Below, one piece after another: positions 18,998 through 27,954 of a stretch of DNA of 64,000 nucleotides; position 1 is the stretch's first letter; every line of letters begins with the position of its first letter. Where the stretch lies: assembly GCA_963667665.2 (NCBI GenBank), contig OY763927.2, positions 896,001-960,000 on the forward strand. Direction: 5' to 3'. The notes beneath the pieces were generated by a model. The model searched no databases. It worked only from the letters and a program-made list of their open reading frames with translations, and was not told the DNA's origin. The position numbers and the translations under genes are program-made. The DNA is from Nitrosopumilus sp. GTDB taxonomy: Archaea; Thermoproteota; Nitrososphaeria; Nitrososphaerales; Nitrosopumilaceae.

Positions 18998-19138
18998 CTA
19001 AAGTTCCACTGTATCTAAAATTTTATGACCAAATTCTTTTGCATTTTCAATTGTTAATTGTGAATCTCCATCTACATAAATTGCAGAAACAATTCCAAGT
19101 AAGACTATAATTCCAAATAAAGTAAGAATAATACTCAT
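18998..19138 (-). CDS. Small single-TM protein
   Basis: MSIILTLFGIIVLLGIVSAIY; ATG overlaps the upstream stop codon. Confidence 0.5.
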   Translation of the reverse strand: MSIILTLFGIIVLLGIVSAIYVDGDSQLTIENAKEFGHKILDTVEL

Positions 19139-19374
19139 TTCTTTCCTCCTTGTGCTCTTTCTAGTTTTCTTGAAAAACTTGTTACTCTTTCGTTCCAATA
19201 TGGGAACATATTTTCTGCATGTTTCCATCTACCATATTCTCGATTAGAGAGATTTTCTCGAATCTTTGAACCATATACATCAACTACTCTTTTGTAGTAA
19301 GCAGTCATTGCAATTGCCTTATTCAGATTTGGTAAGACATAGAATTGAATAATCAGCCACGAAAATAGGCTCAT
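19135..19374 (-). CDS. Hypothetical protein
   Basis: 79-aa ORF with overlapping start/stop coupling. Confidence 0.55.
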   Translation of the reverse strand: MSLFSWLIIQFYVLPNLNKAIAMTAYYKRVVDVYGSKIRENLSNREYGRWKHAENMFPYWNERVTSFSRKLERAQGGKK

Positions 19375-19610
19375 TTCATCTCCTCCAATGTTTTATCAGA
19401 GAATTTCATTTGATTTTTTGAGAGAGTTTCTTTCCTGTCATCTTTGACTTCCTCTTCATTAATTTCCTTGAATTCTAGTAACAATTTCATTCGAAATTGC
19501 TTCTCTAGCATTTGCATGCATGGAACTGTAAATTCTTGCATTTGCATGCATAGAGGACAAAAATAATAATCCTCAGTATCTATAGTCATTTCTTGTTTTA
19601 CCTTATTCAT
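19371..19610 (-). CDS. Hypothetical protein with CxxC
   Basis: 79-aa ORF, CPLC, coupled to neighbours. Confidence 0.55.
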   Translation of the reverse strand: MNKVKQEMTIDTEDYYFCPLCMQMQEFTVPCMQMLEKQFRMKLLLEFKEINEEEVKDDRKETLSKNQMKFSDKTLEEMK

Positions 19611-20367
19611 TTTCTTTTTCCTCCTTTGATTTTGGGATAGACAATGGTTTATCAGTTAATCCATTTCCATCCTCAAAGCATCTTGTCTGGTATTTACAAA
19701 ACTTGCAGAGTCCAGATGTTTCTCCATTTGGAATTTTGTCATGTGTCTTACCATCTTCAATTTCCTGAATTCTAGTCTTTATCCAGTCTGTTAGATCTCT
19801 TTTTTCTACTTTGTATGTTACAATATCAGACATGTCTGCATAGACAATGTTTAGATTCTCTACTGGTACGTATTCTGAAAACATTGTATCATAGCATTGT
19901 AGTTGCAAGATATGTTCGAGTTTTGGCAAGAATCCTTGCTTTATTTGCCATCTAACAAACTTTGTAGTTTTTAGATCAATGATTGTCTTTGTTTTCCAAT
20001 CATACATGTCTAGTCTTCCTGCTAGTGTTGCTACTTTTCCATTCTTTAATGGAACATGATACTCAATATCCATCTCACGCCATTTGTAAGCATATGTCAT
20101 GTTGTGAAGAAAATCACCACGAACAGTAGCCCACATTGATTCAAGTGTTGTATCTGCTAGAAGTTCTTCTTGAGATATTCCTAGTTGTTTGTATAGAGAT
20201 TTTCTTTGACATCCAACTAGTTCAGTCACAGAATATCTAGACTTCCAGTTTTTGGTAAATACACCGTTTCGTTTTTGTAAAAAATTAATGATTCCTTCTG
20301 GTGCATCTATTTCTTTTGCTAAAGCGATTTGGCCGCTACCCATTTGTTTTGAAATCTTTTGTTTCAT
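19603..20367 (-). CDS. Solo Cas4-like PD-(D/E)xK exonuclease with Fe-S cluster ligands
   Basis: SVTELVGCQRK, GRLD, IIDLKT, QLQCY, CKFCKYQTRC. Confidence 0.85.
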   Translation of the reverse strand: MKQKISKQMGSGQIALAKEIDAPEGIINFLQKRNGVFTKNWKSRYSVTELVGCQRKSLYKQLGISQEELLADTTLESMWATVRGDFLHNMTYAYKWREMDIEYHVPLKNGKVATLAGRLDMYDWKTKTIIDLKTTKFVRWQIKQGFLPKLEHILQLQCYDTMFSEYVPVENLNIVYADMSDIVTYKVEKRDLTDWIKTRIQEIEDGKTHDKIPNGETSGLCKFCKYQTRCFEDGNGLTDKPLSIPKSKEEKENE

Positions 20368-20397
20368 ACATTATATAATGAATGATGTTTAGTAGGT

Positions 20398-20432
20398 TTA
20401 AATTTGGATTATACAAATAATATTTGTACTAA
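20398..20432. promoter_or_regulatory. 35-bp site copy A (TATA + TACAAA-N5-TTTGTA dyad) upstream of the Cas4-like operon
   Basis: ttaaatttggattatacaaataatatttgtactaa; 32/35 identical to 23415-23449. Confidence 0.8.
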
Positions 20433-20447
20433 ATAGTATTTTTACAC

Positions 20448-21194
20448 CTAGATCGTTCCAATTCTAACTTGAGTATCAATCCACACTTGTAAAATCTCAA
20501 TAAACTCATAAACTGAAAAAATTACTAAATTCGCCAAAGTGATATAATTTCCTGGATGATCAATTCCCGATATTGGTTCTGAGATCTTTCTTTTTGCAAG
20601 ATCAAACTTAGCACTGAAAAAAGGTTCTTCTTTATGTGTTTGAAAATTTCTCATGTTATTTAGAACGTCTATAACTCCTCCATAATATTCATATAATTCA
20701 TTTTTTGCTTTTCTCCAATCCATACTTTGTTTATTGTCTTTTCTGCTTCTTGTTGTATATGGATTATTTTGTACATTTTGATAACGAATTTTAATATTTT
20801 CCCGATTAAATTTTTCTAAGAGATTATGCAAAGAATCATCTGGTTCCAATGCATGTTCACAAGAATTTTTCAAATAACCTTTGAATAATTTTAAAAACAT
20901 ATCTTTTAGTGCATGAGGAATATTTCTCAATAATTCATTTTCAATCCGCTGTAATTCATCGAAATCTTTAGGTATTGGAAAGTCTGTAGGAAAAATACTT
21001 GGAATAATACCTTGAGATAAATCATCATATGCCTTTTTAATATTTTCACTCACGTCTGGTGTAATTTCTTCAGTTGTTTTCATTAACTCAATAATTTTAT
21101 CATTTAATGATTCCCAGATCAAAGTTTGTGTGTCTTTTACTCTAACTCTTAAAATCAGATAACGATCAAAATTTGAAATTTCTTTGTTTGTCAA
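20448..21194 (-). CDS. Helical protein with RxxxxH motif (HEPN-like)
   Basis: 'LNNMRNFQTH'; starts immediately after the stop of the R-M-like gene. Confidence 0.55.
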   Translation of the reverse strand: MTNKEISNFDRYLILRVRVKDTQTLIWESLNDKIIELMKTTEEITPDVSENIKKAYDDLSQGIIPSIFPTDFPIPKDFDELQRIENELLRNIPHALKDMFLKLFKGYLKNSCEHALEPDDSLHNLLEKFNRENIKIRYQNVQNNPYTTRSRKDNKQSMDWRKAKNELYEYYGGVIDVLNNMRNFQTHKEEPFFSAKFDLAKRKISEPISGIDHPGNYITLANLVIFSVYEFIEILQVWIDTQVRIGTI

Positions 21195-23384
21195 TTATTC
21201 CTCATAATCAAATTTGAAAAGATTTTGTTTTTCAGCTTTTAGTTGTTTTTCAAGTTTTTCTATGTTGTTTAATTTATTATCTAATGCTACTAACTTTTTC
21301 TTTTGTTGATTAAGTGGAGTTTTAGGAATGATCAAAGAATTGAGATTGTCCATATTTATTCTAGAAATAAAATTTGCTTTGCTTTTTATTTTTAATTGTT
21401 CCTGCACACTTTCTGAATTGAGCACATATGCTAGAAATTTAGGAATGATTTTTTTTGGATCTGCTCTAATTACAGCTATTTGTGGACTGGGTAAAATTCC
21501 TACGTCTTTTTTACGTGTAATTCCTATTTTTCCAACTGTTCCCTGGCATGATAATAAAATATCATTTTCTTTGATTAAAAAATCAGAGTACTGTTTAGGA
21601 TATTGTATATAGATAGTTTTTGAAACCACATCCTTTATGAAACCATTTTCTATGTCTTGTATTCTAAGATATGGAGTGGGTGTCTTCTTACTATCTAGTT
21701 CAGAATCAACTGGAGATGGTTTCCCAAACCAAATTTTTCCTAATTTTTCTAATTCAATACCGTTTAGATTTTCGATAATCTTTTGTAATTCTGGTGTTTT
21801 GTCTGATACTGTCCATGTTTTAATCAAATCATTTTGATGTACATGAAAACTTTCAGAAGATGCTTTGAATGATTTTCCTTGTTCAAATTTTTGGAAATCA
21901 TTTTTAATTTTTCTTAAAACATTTGTCCTTAATTTTTTATCTTGAAATACATCTGTAGAAATATCCGACAAGAATACTCTGTTCCAATTTTCCTTACCTT
22001 CTTTTCTTTTGAAATTTAGAATTATCAAACTCATAGATATTCCTGTTTGAGGTAAAGCAATTCCTTGAGGAAATTGAATTATGGCTCTTAGATATCCTGG
22101 ATGTGCTAAAGAAAGACGAAGTGATTCTAAATTTTTCATTGCAAGAAAACTTGGAGGTACTAATAATGCAACTTTGGATAGGTTTTTTTGATTTTGTAAT
22201 TTTTTGATAATATATGCTAATTGTGTTCTTCCATAATTCCCATAAATTTTTCTTATTTCATCTCTTGATGAAATATCTGCACCAATTGGAGGAAAACAAA
22301 AAATGTACTCAAAATCGTTCATTTCCTTAGAATTTAAAAACAAATAATCTTTATTGACTAATTTTATTTCTTTTTCGTATAATTTAGAAATGACTTCTAA
22401 AATTTCACATACATCAGTATTTACTTCAACGCCTGCCAGATTTTTGGTTACATAATCATTTAATTGACTTTTAGTAAGTTTGTATTTTTTTTCAAATATC
22501 TCTGGTAAATCAAAAAGTGGACCATATCTTGCATATGGAATAAGTATTTTTTTATTTTTTAATGGATCAATTAAATCAAATATGAGATTGGATAGTTCTT
22601 TTGGATAATCAATCCAATCGTCTCTTAACAATAATTTTAACATTATTTTCCTAATTGCTTCTTTGTCTGATTTTAATAACGAATATTCTTTCACTGTATC
22701 AAACAATTCATAAAATTTTATTCTAGATAGTTTTTCTTCTGTAACTCTATGTGTACCAAACAAATTTGGAAATGTTCTCTTTCCTAATTCAAACAATTCA
22801 TTTATTTTTTCTTCTTTTGATTTGTTTGTGTCTTCTTCGAATAATTTTCCTTTGAATTCTGTTTCATCTAAAATTTTTAATGTAACAATTTGTAAAAATG
22901 GAGTATATTGATAAAAATCTCTTCTAACTATATCTGCAAGTATTTTTATTTGATAATTAGTTGCAGCAAGGGGTTTGAATTCATTTAATATTTTTTGAAT
23001 TTTATCAAAAAATTCCTTTTTTGGAATATCTTTGATTGGTAAAAGACTATTTCCCTTTAACTGAAATGTCTTTTTTTCTTTTCCATTATATAATATTCCA
23101 TATTCTGCTTTTGATTCTTTTAGATATTCTGAAAGTTGATGTTCAAAAAGTGGTAAAACCAAATTTCCTGTTTTTACTTCTACAATAATTCTTGGTTTTT
23201 TCTTTTCATCAAATACAACGACATTTGCTCTTTTTCCAGAATCTTCTCCAAGAAAGACTTCTCTTCCAATCTGTTTTGGAGGGAATCCATAGTCCTTCTT
23301 CAAAATCTTGATAATTTTTTCAACAAGTTCCACCTCCTTGATCATATCATATTCTTCATTATCGTTGTTTTTATTCATGTTCAT
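21195..23384 (-). CDS. Type I R-M-like fusion (HsdR-N-like nuclease + N6-MTase-like + one TRD) with degenerate catalytic motifs
   Basis: 'KRANVVVF..IIVEVK'; 'ILIPYARYG' at motif I; 'IFCFPPIG' at motif IV; TRD 'PYLRIQDIENG..ENDILLSCQGTVGK..IPKTPLNQQ'. Confidence 0.8.
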   Translation of the reverse strand: MNMNKNNDNEEYDMIKEVELVEKIIKILKKDYGFPPKQIGREVFLGEDSGKRANVVVFDEKKKPRIIVEVKTGNLVLPLFEHQLSEYLKESKAEYGILYNGKEKKTFQLKGNSLLPIKDIPKKEFFDKIQKILNEFKPLAATNYQIKILADIVRRDFYQYTPFLQIVTLKILDETEFKGKLFEEDTNKSKEEKINELFELGKRTFPNLFGTHRVTEEKLSRIKFYELFDTVKEYSLLKSDKEAIRKIMLKLLLRDDWIDYPKELSNLIFDLIDPLKNKKILIPYARYGPLFDLPEIFEKKYKLTKSQLNDYVTKNLAGVEVNTDVCEILEVISKLYEKEIKLVNKDYLFLNSKEMNDFEYIFCFPPIGADISSRDEIRKIYGNYGRTQLAYIIKKLQNQKNLSKVALLVPPSFLAMKNLESLRLSLAHPGYLRAIIQFPQGIALPQTGISMSLIILNFKRKEGKENWNRVFLSDISTDVFQDKKLRTNVLRKIKNDFQKFEQGKSFKASSESFHVHQNDLIKTWTVSDKTPELQKIIENLNGIELEKLGKIWFGKPSPVDSELDSKKTPTPYLRIQDIENGFIKDVVSKTIYIQYPKQYSDFLIKENDILLSCQGTVGKIGITRKKDVGILPSPQIAVIRADPKKIIPKFLAYVLNSESVQEQLKIKSKANFISRINMDNLNSLIIPKTPLNQQKKKLVALDNKLNNIEKLEKQLKAEKQNLFKFDYEE

Positions 23385-23414
23385 AATATGAAAAGAATCT
23401 AAAAAGCAATAATC

Positions 23415-23449
23415 TTAAATTTGGATAATACAAATATTTTTTGTACTAA
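23415..23449. promoter_or_regulatory. 35-bp site copy B in the divergent promoter between the R-M-like and CARF-like genes
   Basis: ttaaatttggataatacaaatattttttgtactaa; its last base is the A of the ATG. Confidence 0.85.
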
Positions 23450-24348
23450 TGGCAATATTCATAGCACCGATAGGAACTCACACTGAACATGTAAAGGGAT
23501 GGCTCAAAGAAGAATCTAGAGATGTAGATACTCTATGGCTGATTCATAGTAAAAAAAACATAAAGTTTGATTTTCCAAAGATTGCAAAAAAATTAGAAAA
23601 AGATCTAAATGCAGCATATCCACAAATCACAATAAAGAAAAAAATAATTGAAAGTGCATTTTCTGAAGACCCCACAATTGATGCTATACTTGAAATTATT
23701 CGCAAAGAGGAAGATGATGATTCCTCTATTATTCGAAAAGACTTTGTTGTAAATATCACAGGTGGTACTAACATTATTGCAGCAGCCACAATTCTTGCAG
23801 CAACATTTTATGGAACAAGAGCTCATTATGTTAAAGAACCACAAAAAGGTGATCCAAGGGGAACAAAATATGTTTACGAATTACCAATTCAACCAATAGG
23901 AATTGCTAGATTAAATCAAAATCAGTTAGATGTTTTAAAAATTATTGCAGACTCTACTTATGAAATAAATGATGTACCTAAAGGACTAGATAATAAAAAA
24001 ACACCTGGTTCTATTACACGATTTAAGTTACTCCAAAAACTTGGATGGGCAAAACCAGTAAAAGGATCAAAATTTCCAAGAAGAGAAGGAGGAACCAGAT
24101 TACTTGGAATCACAAAGAAATTAAGAGATGCTGGTTTAGTTGAACAAATAGATTTTATTGAATTTTATAAGGATCAAAATGAATCTAAAAAATCAAAAAT
24201 AGTATATCAGGATGGTTATGCAAAAAAAGTTGAAAATAAAAAATATGTTTCTGACTGGAAAATTTTAAGAAATGAAAGAGAAGTAAGATATGAGATAACT
24301 GCTGCAGGCAAACGTAAAGCAAGAGATGCCCTTATGTTTGATATTTAG
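23449..24348 (+). CDS. CARF-like (Csa3/DUF6293-like) + winged-HTH regulator
   Basis: 'IFIAPIGTH', 'LWLIHS', 'VVNITGGTNIIAAA..HYV', C-terminal 'KKLRDAGLVE..YEITAAGKR'. Confidence 0.75.
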   Translation: MAIFIAPIGTHTEHVKGWLKEESRDVDTLWLIHSKKNIKFDFPKIAKKLEKDLNAAYPQITIKKKIIESAFSEDPTIDAILEIIRKEEDDDSSIIRKDFVVNITGGTNIIAAATILAATFYGTRAHYVKEPQKGDPRGTKYVYELPIQPIGIARLNQNQLDVLKIIADSTYEINDVPKGLDNKKTPGSITRFKLLQKLGWAKPVKGSKFPRREGGTRLLGITKKLRDAGLVEQIDFIEFYKDQNESKKSKIVYQDGYAKKVENKKYVSDWKILRNEREVRYEITAAGKRKARDALMFDI

Positions 24349-24376
24349 TACAAAAAATATTTGTATTATCCAAATT
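24345..24376. promoter_or_regulatory. Site copy C, a perfect 32-bp inverted repeat of 23418-23449 overlapping the stop codon
   Basis: ttagtacaaaaaatatttgtattatccaaatt. Confidence 0.85.
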
Positions 24377-24580
24377 CAAAGATAACTTGTAGTTTCTCTA
24401 ACTATTTTCATGACACAAAAATGCCCTCAAAAGAAACGATGCGTGCAAGAGATATTTTGAGATGGTTTGTGGTGTTTGTTATTGGCTACTAAAAGAATGC
24501 AAATCCCAAAAAATTGCAATTCCTGGGGGCTACAAATTATCTAAATTAATTCAAAATGAAGGATTTGTGATAAAATACCC

Positions 24581-24629
24581 AAAACCAACCGATCTGTTAC
24601 ACGGAAAAGATCCCACCGGTGATGTTACA
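24581..24629 (-). mobile_element. ~50-bp mobile-element end or recombination site, copy 3 (inverted)
   Basis: Reverse complement tgtaacatcaccggtgggatcttttccgtgtaacagatcggttggtttt. Confidence 0.8.
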
Positions 24630-24726
24630 CTATGACAATTTTTCATTTAACCGTTTTGAACTGGATCCACTTTTGGGAATAGATCGCAGAGAATCAGGTG
24701 TGAAATTGAGGCTAGTTTATGGTCTT

Positions 24727-26412
24727 TTATTCATAAATTCTTCTGATTTTGGAACCACAATTAGGGCATTGCTCTTTTGTATGAATAATTGAGCAGTCAG
24801 CACAGCAAAACTCGATTGGGGTAGATGCTGAGACGTTTTGTGGTTTCTGTTTTATCTCTGTGAGTTCCTTTTTAATGTCTGCAAATTCTTCTTGTTGCTG
24901 TTTTAGGATTATTTCATGTCTTGCAAGGGCTGATTTTTGTGATTTTTCTTCGGATTCTTTTTGTTTTAGTGTTGCAAGTGCATCATTTAGTTCTGCCTTC
25001 AGAACATCAGAATCATCAGTGCCATTAACTATTGATGTGAATTTTGTAAATATGTTAAGTCTTTTTGATGCCTTGGAGTATTCTTTTCGCAGATTTTCAG
25101 GAAATAATTTTGCTTGTTTTTTGTAAGAGTTTTTTGGTTTATGTCCTACTGATTCTTCAATTACATCTTCTCTACACCCACAATCAGTTAACACAGATAC
25201 CAATACGTCACGAATTTCATGTGAATCCATGTTGTAGATATTTTTGCCATTAGCTGTTTTGCCTATTATTTTTAATATTCCTGCTCTTTGTGCAATTTTA
25301 TGGAAGGAGTGGCTCACCCATGAATCTGTAACGGGGTTTCCAAATTTATTTAGAAATATTGGATCTCCCATTTGGATATTCTGTTTTGTTTGTTTTTTTC
25401 TAAAATCCAAATATCTTTGTAACTCATAAACTGCATCTCTGTCTAGAAATCCAATATGCTTGTAATCTACTTTAATTCTTACAAGAGTAATTGGTACAGG
25501 GCACTTGTCTAAATCCCATGAATTGTGATTCTCCGAGCCAAAATATTTCACTAATTGTTCCCATGCCTCAAAATTGAATCTGTCCACCAAGGTTGTTCTA
25601 TCCAATCCTCTTTGAAATTTACACAAAAATAATGCTTTTTCCATCATTGATGGCTTTCCAACAGTTAAAAATTTCATCAAATCAGATAATGACATGCTTT
25701 GTTCTTCGATCTCGTTATTATGAGTAATTGTAGGATCATACTGAAAATTAATCTCCTGTTCATTTCTTTCAAAATATGATATTATTGCAGATTTGATTAG
25801 TGTTAACGAATTTGCTTTAAAATTGATATGTTTCTCATCAAGAAGATATTGCTTTATGATTCGTATGATTGTTTTTTGTTCTATAAATGGTCCTTCTAAT
25901 ATGTCAAGAATTTCTTCTACGTTTTGAAATTTTTTATATTCTGTTTTTTGTACAAATGTGTTTTTATTGGTTCTATGGAGTAATGATATTTTGAATCTTC
26001 TTTCATTGTTTTCAATGTCGGGGGATGTAAGCCATTTGTTAAAATTCCACAATTGACGCAAATATGCTTTTTTGGTACTATCTTCTGCAGTTTTTGCGTT
26101 CTTTTGCCTGTTTCCTCTTAATTGTGATTGCCAATATTGTATTGATTTTAGATCTGTAAACCAGGCAGGGATGTAATTCTCATCAACTCTTTCAATCATT
26201 TTATGATCTTTTGCAAATTTTATCATCTTTTGACTTTTAATGAGGGCATTTTTCTTTTCGTTCTTGCATATTTTTAGAAGAAATTTTTTATTATTTTCAA
26301 ATAATGAGTTTACTGAAACGGTCTCACCTGTTTGTGGAAAGTGAATTTCTTCAAATAATTGCGGAAATTCTAGATTATTTTTGACAACTTTGTACAGGTA
26401 TGACTGTTTCAC
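24727..26412 (-). CDS. Tyrosine recombinase/integrase with C-terminal coiled coil and zinc ribbon
   Basis: FQRGLD, RIKVD, HEIRD (HxxR), VGH...Y; CADC..CPNC. Confidence 0.85.
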   Translation of the reverse strand: MKQSYLYKVVKNNLEFPQLFEEIHFPQTGETVSVNSLFENNKKFLLKICKNEKKNALIKSQKMIKFAKDHKMIERVDENYIPAWFTDLKSIQYWQSQLRGNRQKNAKTAEDSTKKAYLRQLWNFNKWLTSPDIENNERRFKISLLHRTNKNTFVQKTEYKKFQNVEEILDILEGPFIEQKTIIRIIKQYLLDEKHINFKANSLTLIKSAIISYFERNEQEINFQYDPTITHNNEIEEQSMSLSDLMKFLTVGKPSMMEKALFLCKFQRGLDRTTLVDRFNFEAWEQLVKYFGSENHNSWDLDKCPVPITLVRIKVDYKHIGFLDRDAVYELQRYLDFRKKQTKQNIQMGDPIFLNKFGNPVTDSWVSHSFHKIAQRAGILKIIGKTANGKNIYNMDSHEIRDVLVSVLTDCGCREDVIEESVGHKPKNSYKKQAKLFPENLRKEYSKASKRLNIFTKFTSIVNGTDDSDVLKAELNDALATLKQKESEEKSQKSALARHEIILKQQQEEFADIKKELTEIKQKPQNVSASTPIEFCCADCSIIHTKEQCPNCGSKIRRIYE

Positions 26413-26487
26413 GTTGGTTTTTGGGAGTTTTCATAAATAAATATGCCGAAAACCAACCACGATAAGCTCATTAGTTAAATTAATTCT

Positions 26488-27942
26488 TTGAATTCTAGTT
26501 TGAGTAAAGAAGACAAAGGGATCACAGTTTCAAAAAAAGAAGATTTTAGTGAATGGTACACACAGATAGTTCTTAAAGCCAAACTTGCAGATTATGCACC
26601 AGTTAAAGGACTAATTGTTCTTAGACCTGATGGATATTCTATTTGGGAATCATTAAGAAACACATTTGATAAAAAATTTGCAAATAATGGAATCAGAAAT
26701 GGGTTTCTGCCTATTTTAATTCCAGAGTCATTGTTAAGTAAAGAGCAAAAACACTTTGCTGGATTTAATCCAGAAGTATTTTGGGTAACTCATTCAGGGA
26801 ATAATGAAATTGGAGACAGGCTTGCATTAAGACCTACATCTGAAACTTTAGCATACACAATGTATGCCAAATGGATTCAAAGTTGGAGAGATTTACCATT
26901 AAAGATTAATTTTTGGAATACAGCACTTAGAGCAGAGATCAAAGGAACAAAACCATTTCTTAGAACATCCGAATTTTTGTGGCAAGAAGGTCATACAGTA
27001 CATGCAACACAAGAAGAAGCGGAAGAAGAAGTGATGAAAATATTAGAGATTTATAAAAAAACTGTTGAAGAAGAGTTGGCAATTCCAGTAACAACAGGAA
27101 GGAAAAGTGAGAAAGAAAAGTTTGTAGGTGCAGTATACACAACCACTATGGAATCCATTATGCCAGATGGGAAGGCATTACAAATGGGCACATCACATTT
27201 TCTAGGACAAAATTTTTCAAAACCATTTGAAGTAAAATTTGCAGACAAAGACAATGTAGAGCATTTTGCATGGCAAACATCATGGGGAGTTTCTTGGAGA
27301 CTAATTGGTGCAATGATAATGATTCATGGTGATGATCAAGGTCTTGTGTTACCACCAAAGATAGCACCAATGCAAGTTGTAATTGTACCAATTTACAAAA
27401 ATGATGAAGGCAAAGATAAGGTATTACCCAAAGTAGAAGAAATTAGAAAAAATCTAGAGTCAAAAGAAATCAGAGTACATGTTGATGATAGAAGTGAATT
27501 ATCTCCAGGATACAAATTCAATGATTGGGAACTAAAAGGAGTTCCTATACGAATAGAGATAGGCCCTAAAGACATAGAAAAGAAGAGCATAGTTCTTGCA
27601 AAAAGATACAATCGTGAAAAGTCAAGTTTAGGTTTTTCTGAAATTGAAAAAATCCCCCCTATCTTAGATGAAATACAAAATGACATGTTAAAAACTGCTA
27701 GAGAACAAACGAAAGCAAATACCATAGATATTTCAGACTATACTGAATTCAAATCAAAAATTGAGAAAGGGGGTTTCTTTAGTGCTCCTTGGTGTGGAAA
27801 ATTAGAATGTGAGGAAAAAATTAAAGAGGAAACAGGTGCAGATATCAGAGTAATTCCATTTGGTAGTGAAAATACAGAGAAAAAATGCATGTATTGCCAA
27901 GAACAAAGTATTTCAATCCCGATTTTTGCGAGAGGATACTAA
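26488..27942 (+). CDS. proS: Proline--tRNA ligase
   Basis: DFSEWY, LRPTSET, FLRTSEFLWQEGHT, TSWGVSWR. Confidence 0.97.
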   Translation: MNSSLSKEDKGITVSKKEDFSEWYTQIVLKAKLADYAPVKGLIVLRPDGYSIWESLRNTFDKKFANNGIRNGFLPILIPESLLSKEQKHFAGFNPEVFWVTHSGNNEIGDRLALRPTSETLAYTMYAKWIQSWRDLPLKINFWNTALRAEIKGTKPFLRTSEFLWQEGHTVHATQEEAEEEVMKILEIYKKTVEEELAIPVTTGRKSEKEKFVGAVYTTTMESIMPDGKALQMGTSHFLGQNFSKPFEVKFADKDNVEHFAWQTSWGVSWRLIGAMIMIHGDDQGLVLPPKIAPMQVVIVPIYKNDEGKDKVLPKVEEIRKNLESKEIRVHVDDRSELSPGYKFNDWELKGVPIRIEIGPKDIEKKSIVLAKRYNREKSSLGFSEIEKIPPILDEIQNDMLKTAREQTKANTIDISDYTEFKSKIEKGGFFSAPWCGKLECEEKIKEETGADIRVIPFGSENTEKKCMYCQEQSISIPIFARGY

Positions 27943-27954
27943 TCTATTTTTAAA

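Noticed and set aside
24410-24570. Gene downstream of site copy C
   Set aside because: The ATG at 24410 opens only 16 codons; at most a decayed remnant that cannot be assigned
15308-24629. Casposon or Tn7-like transposon
   Set aside because: Terminal inverted repeats are present, but there is no cas1, PolB or TnsABC gene and no target-site duplication
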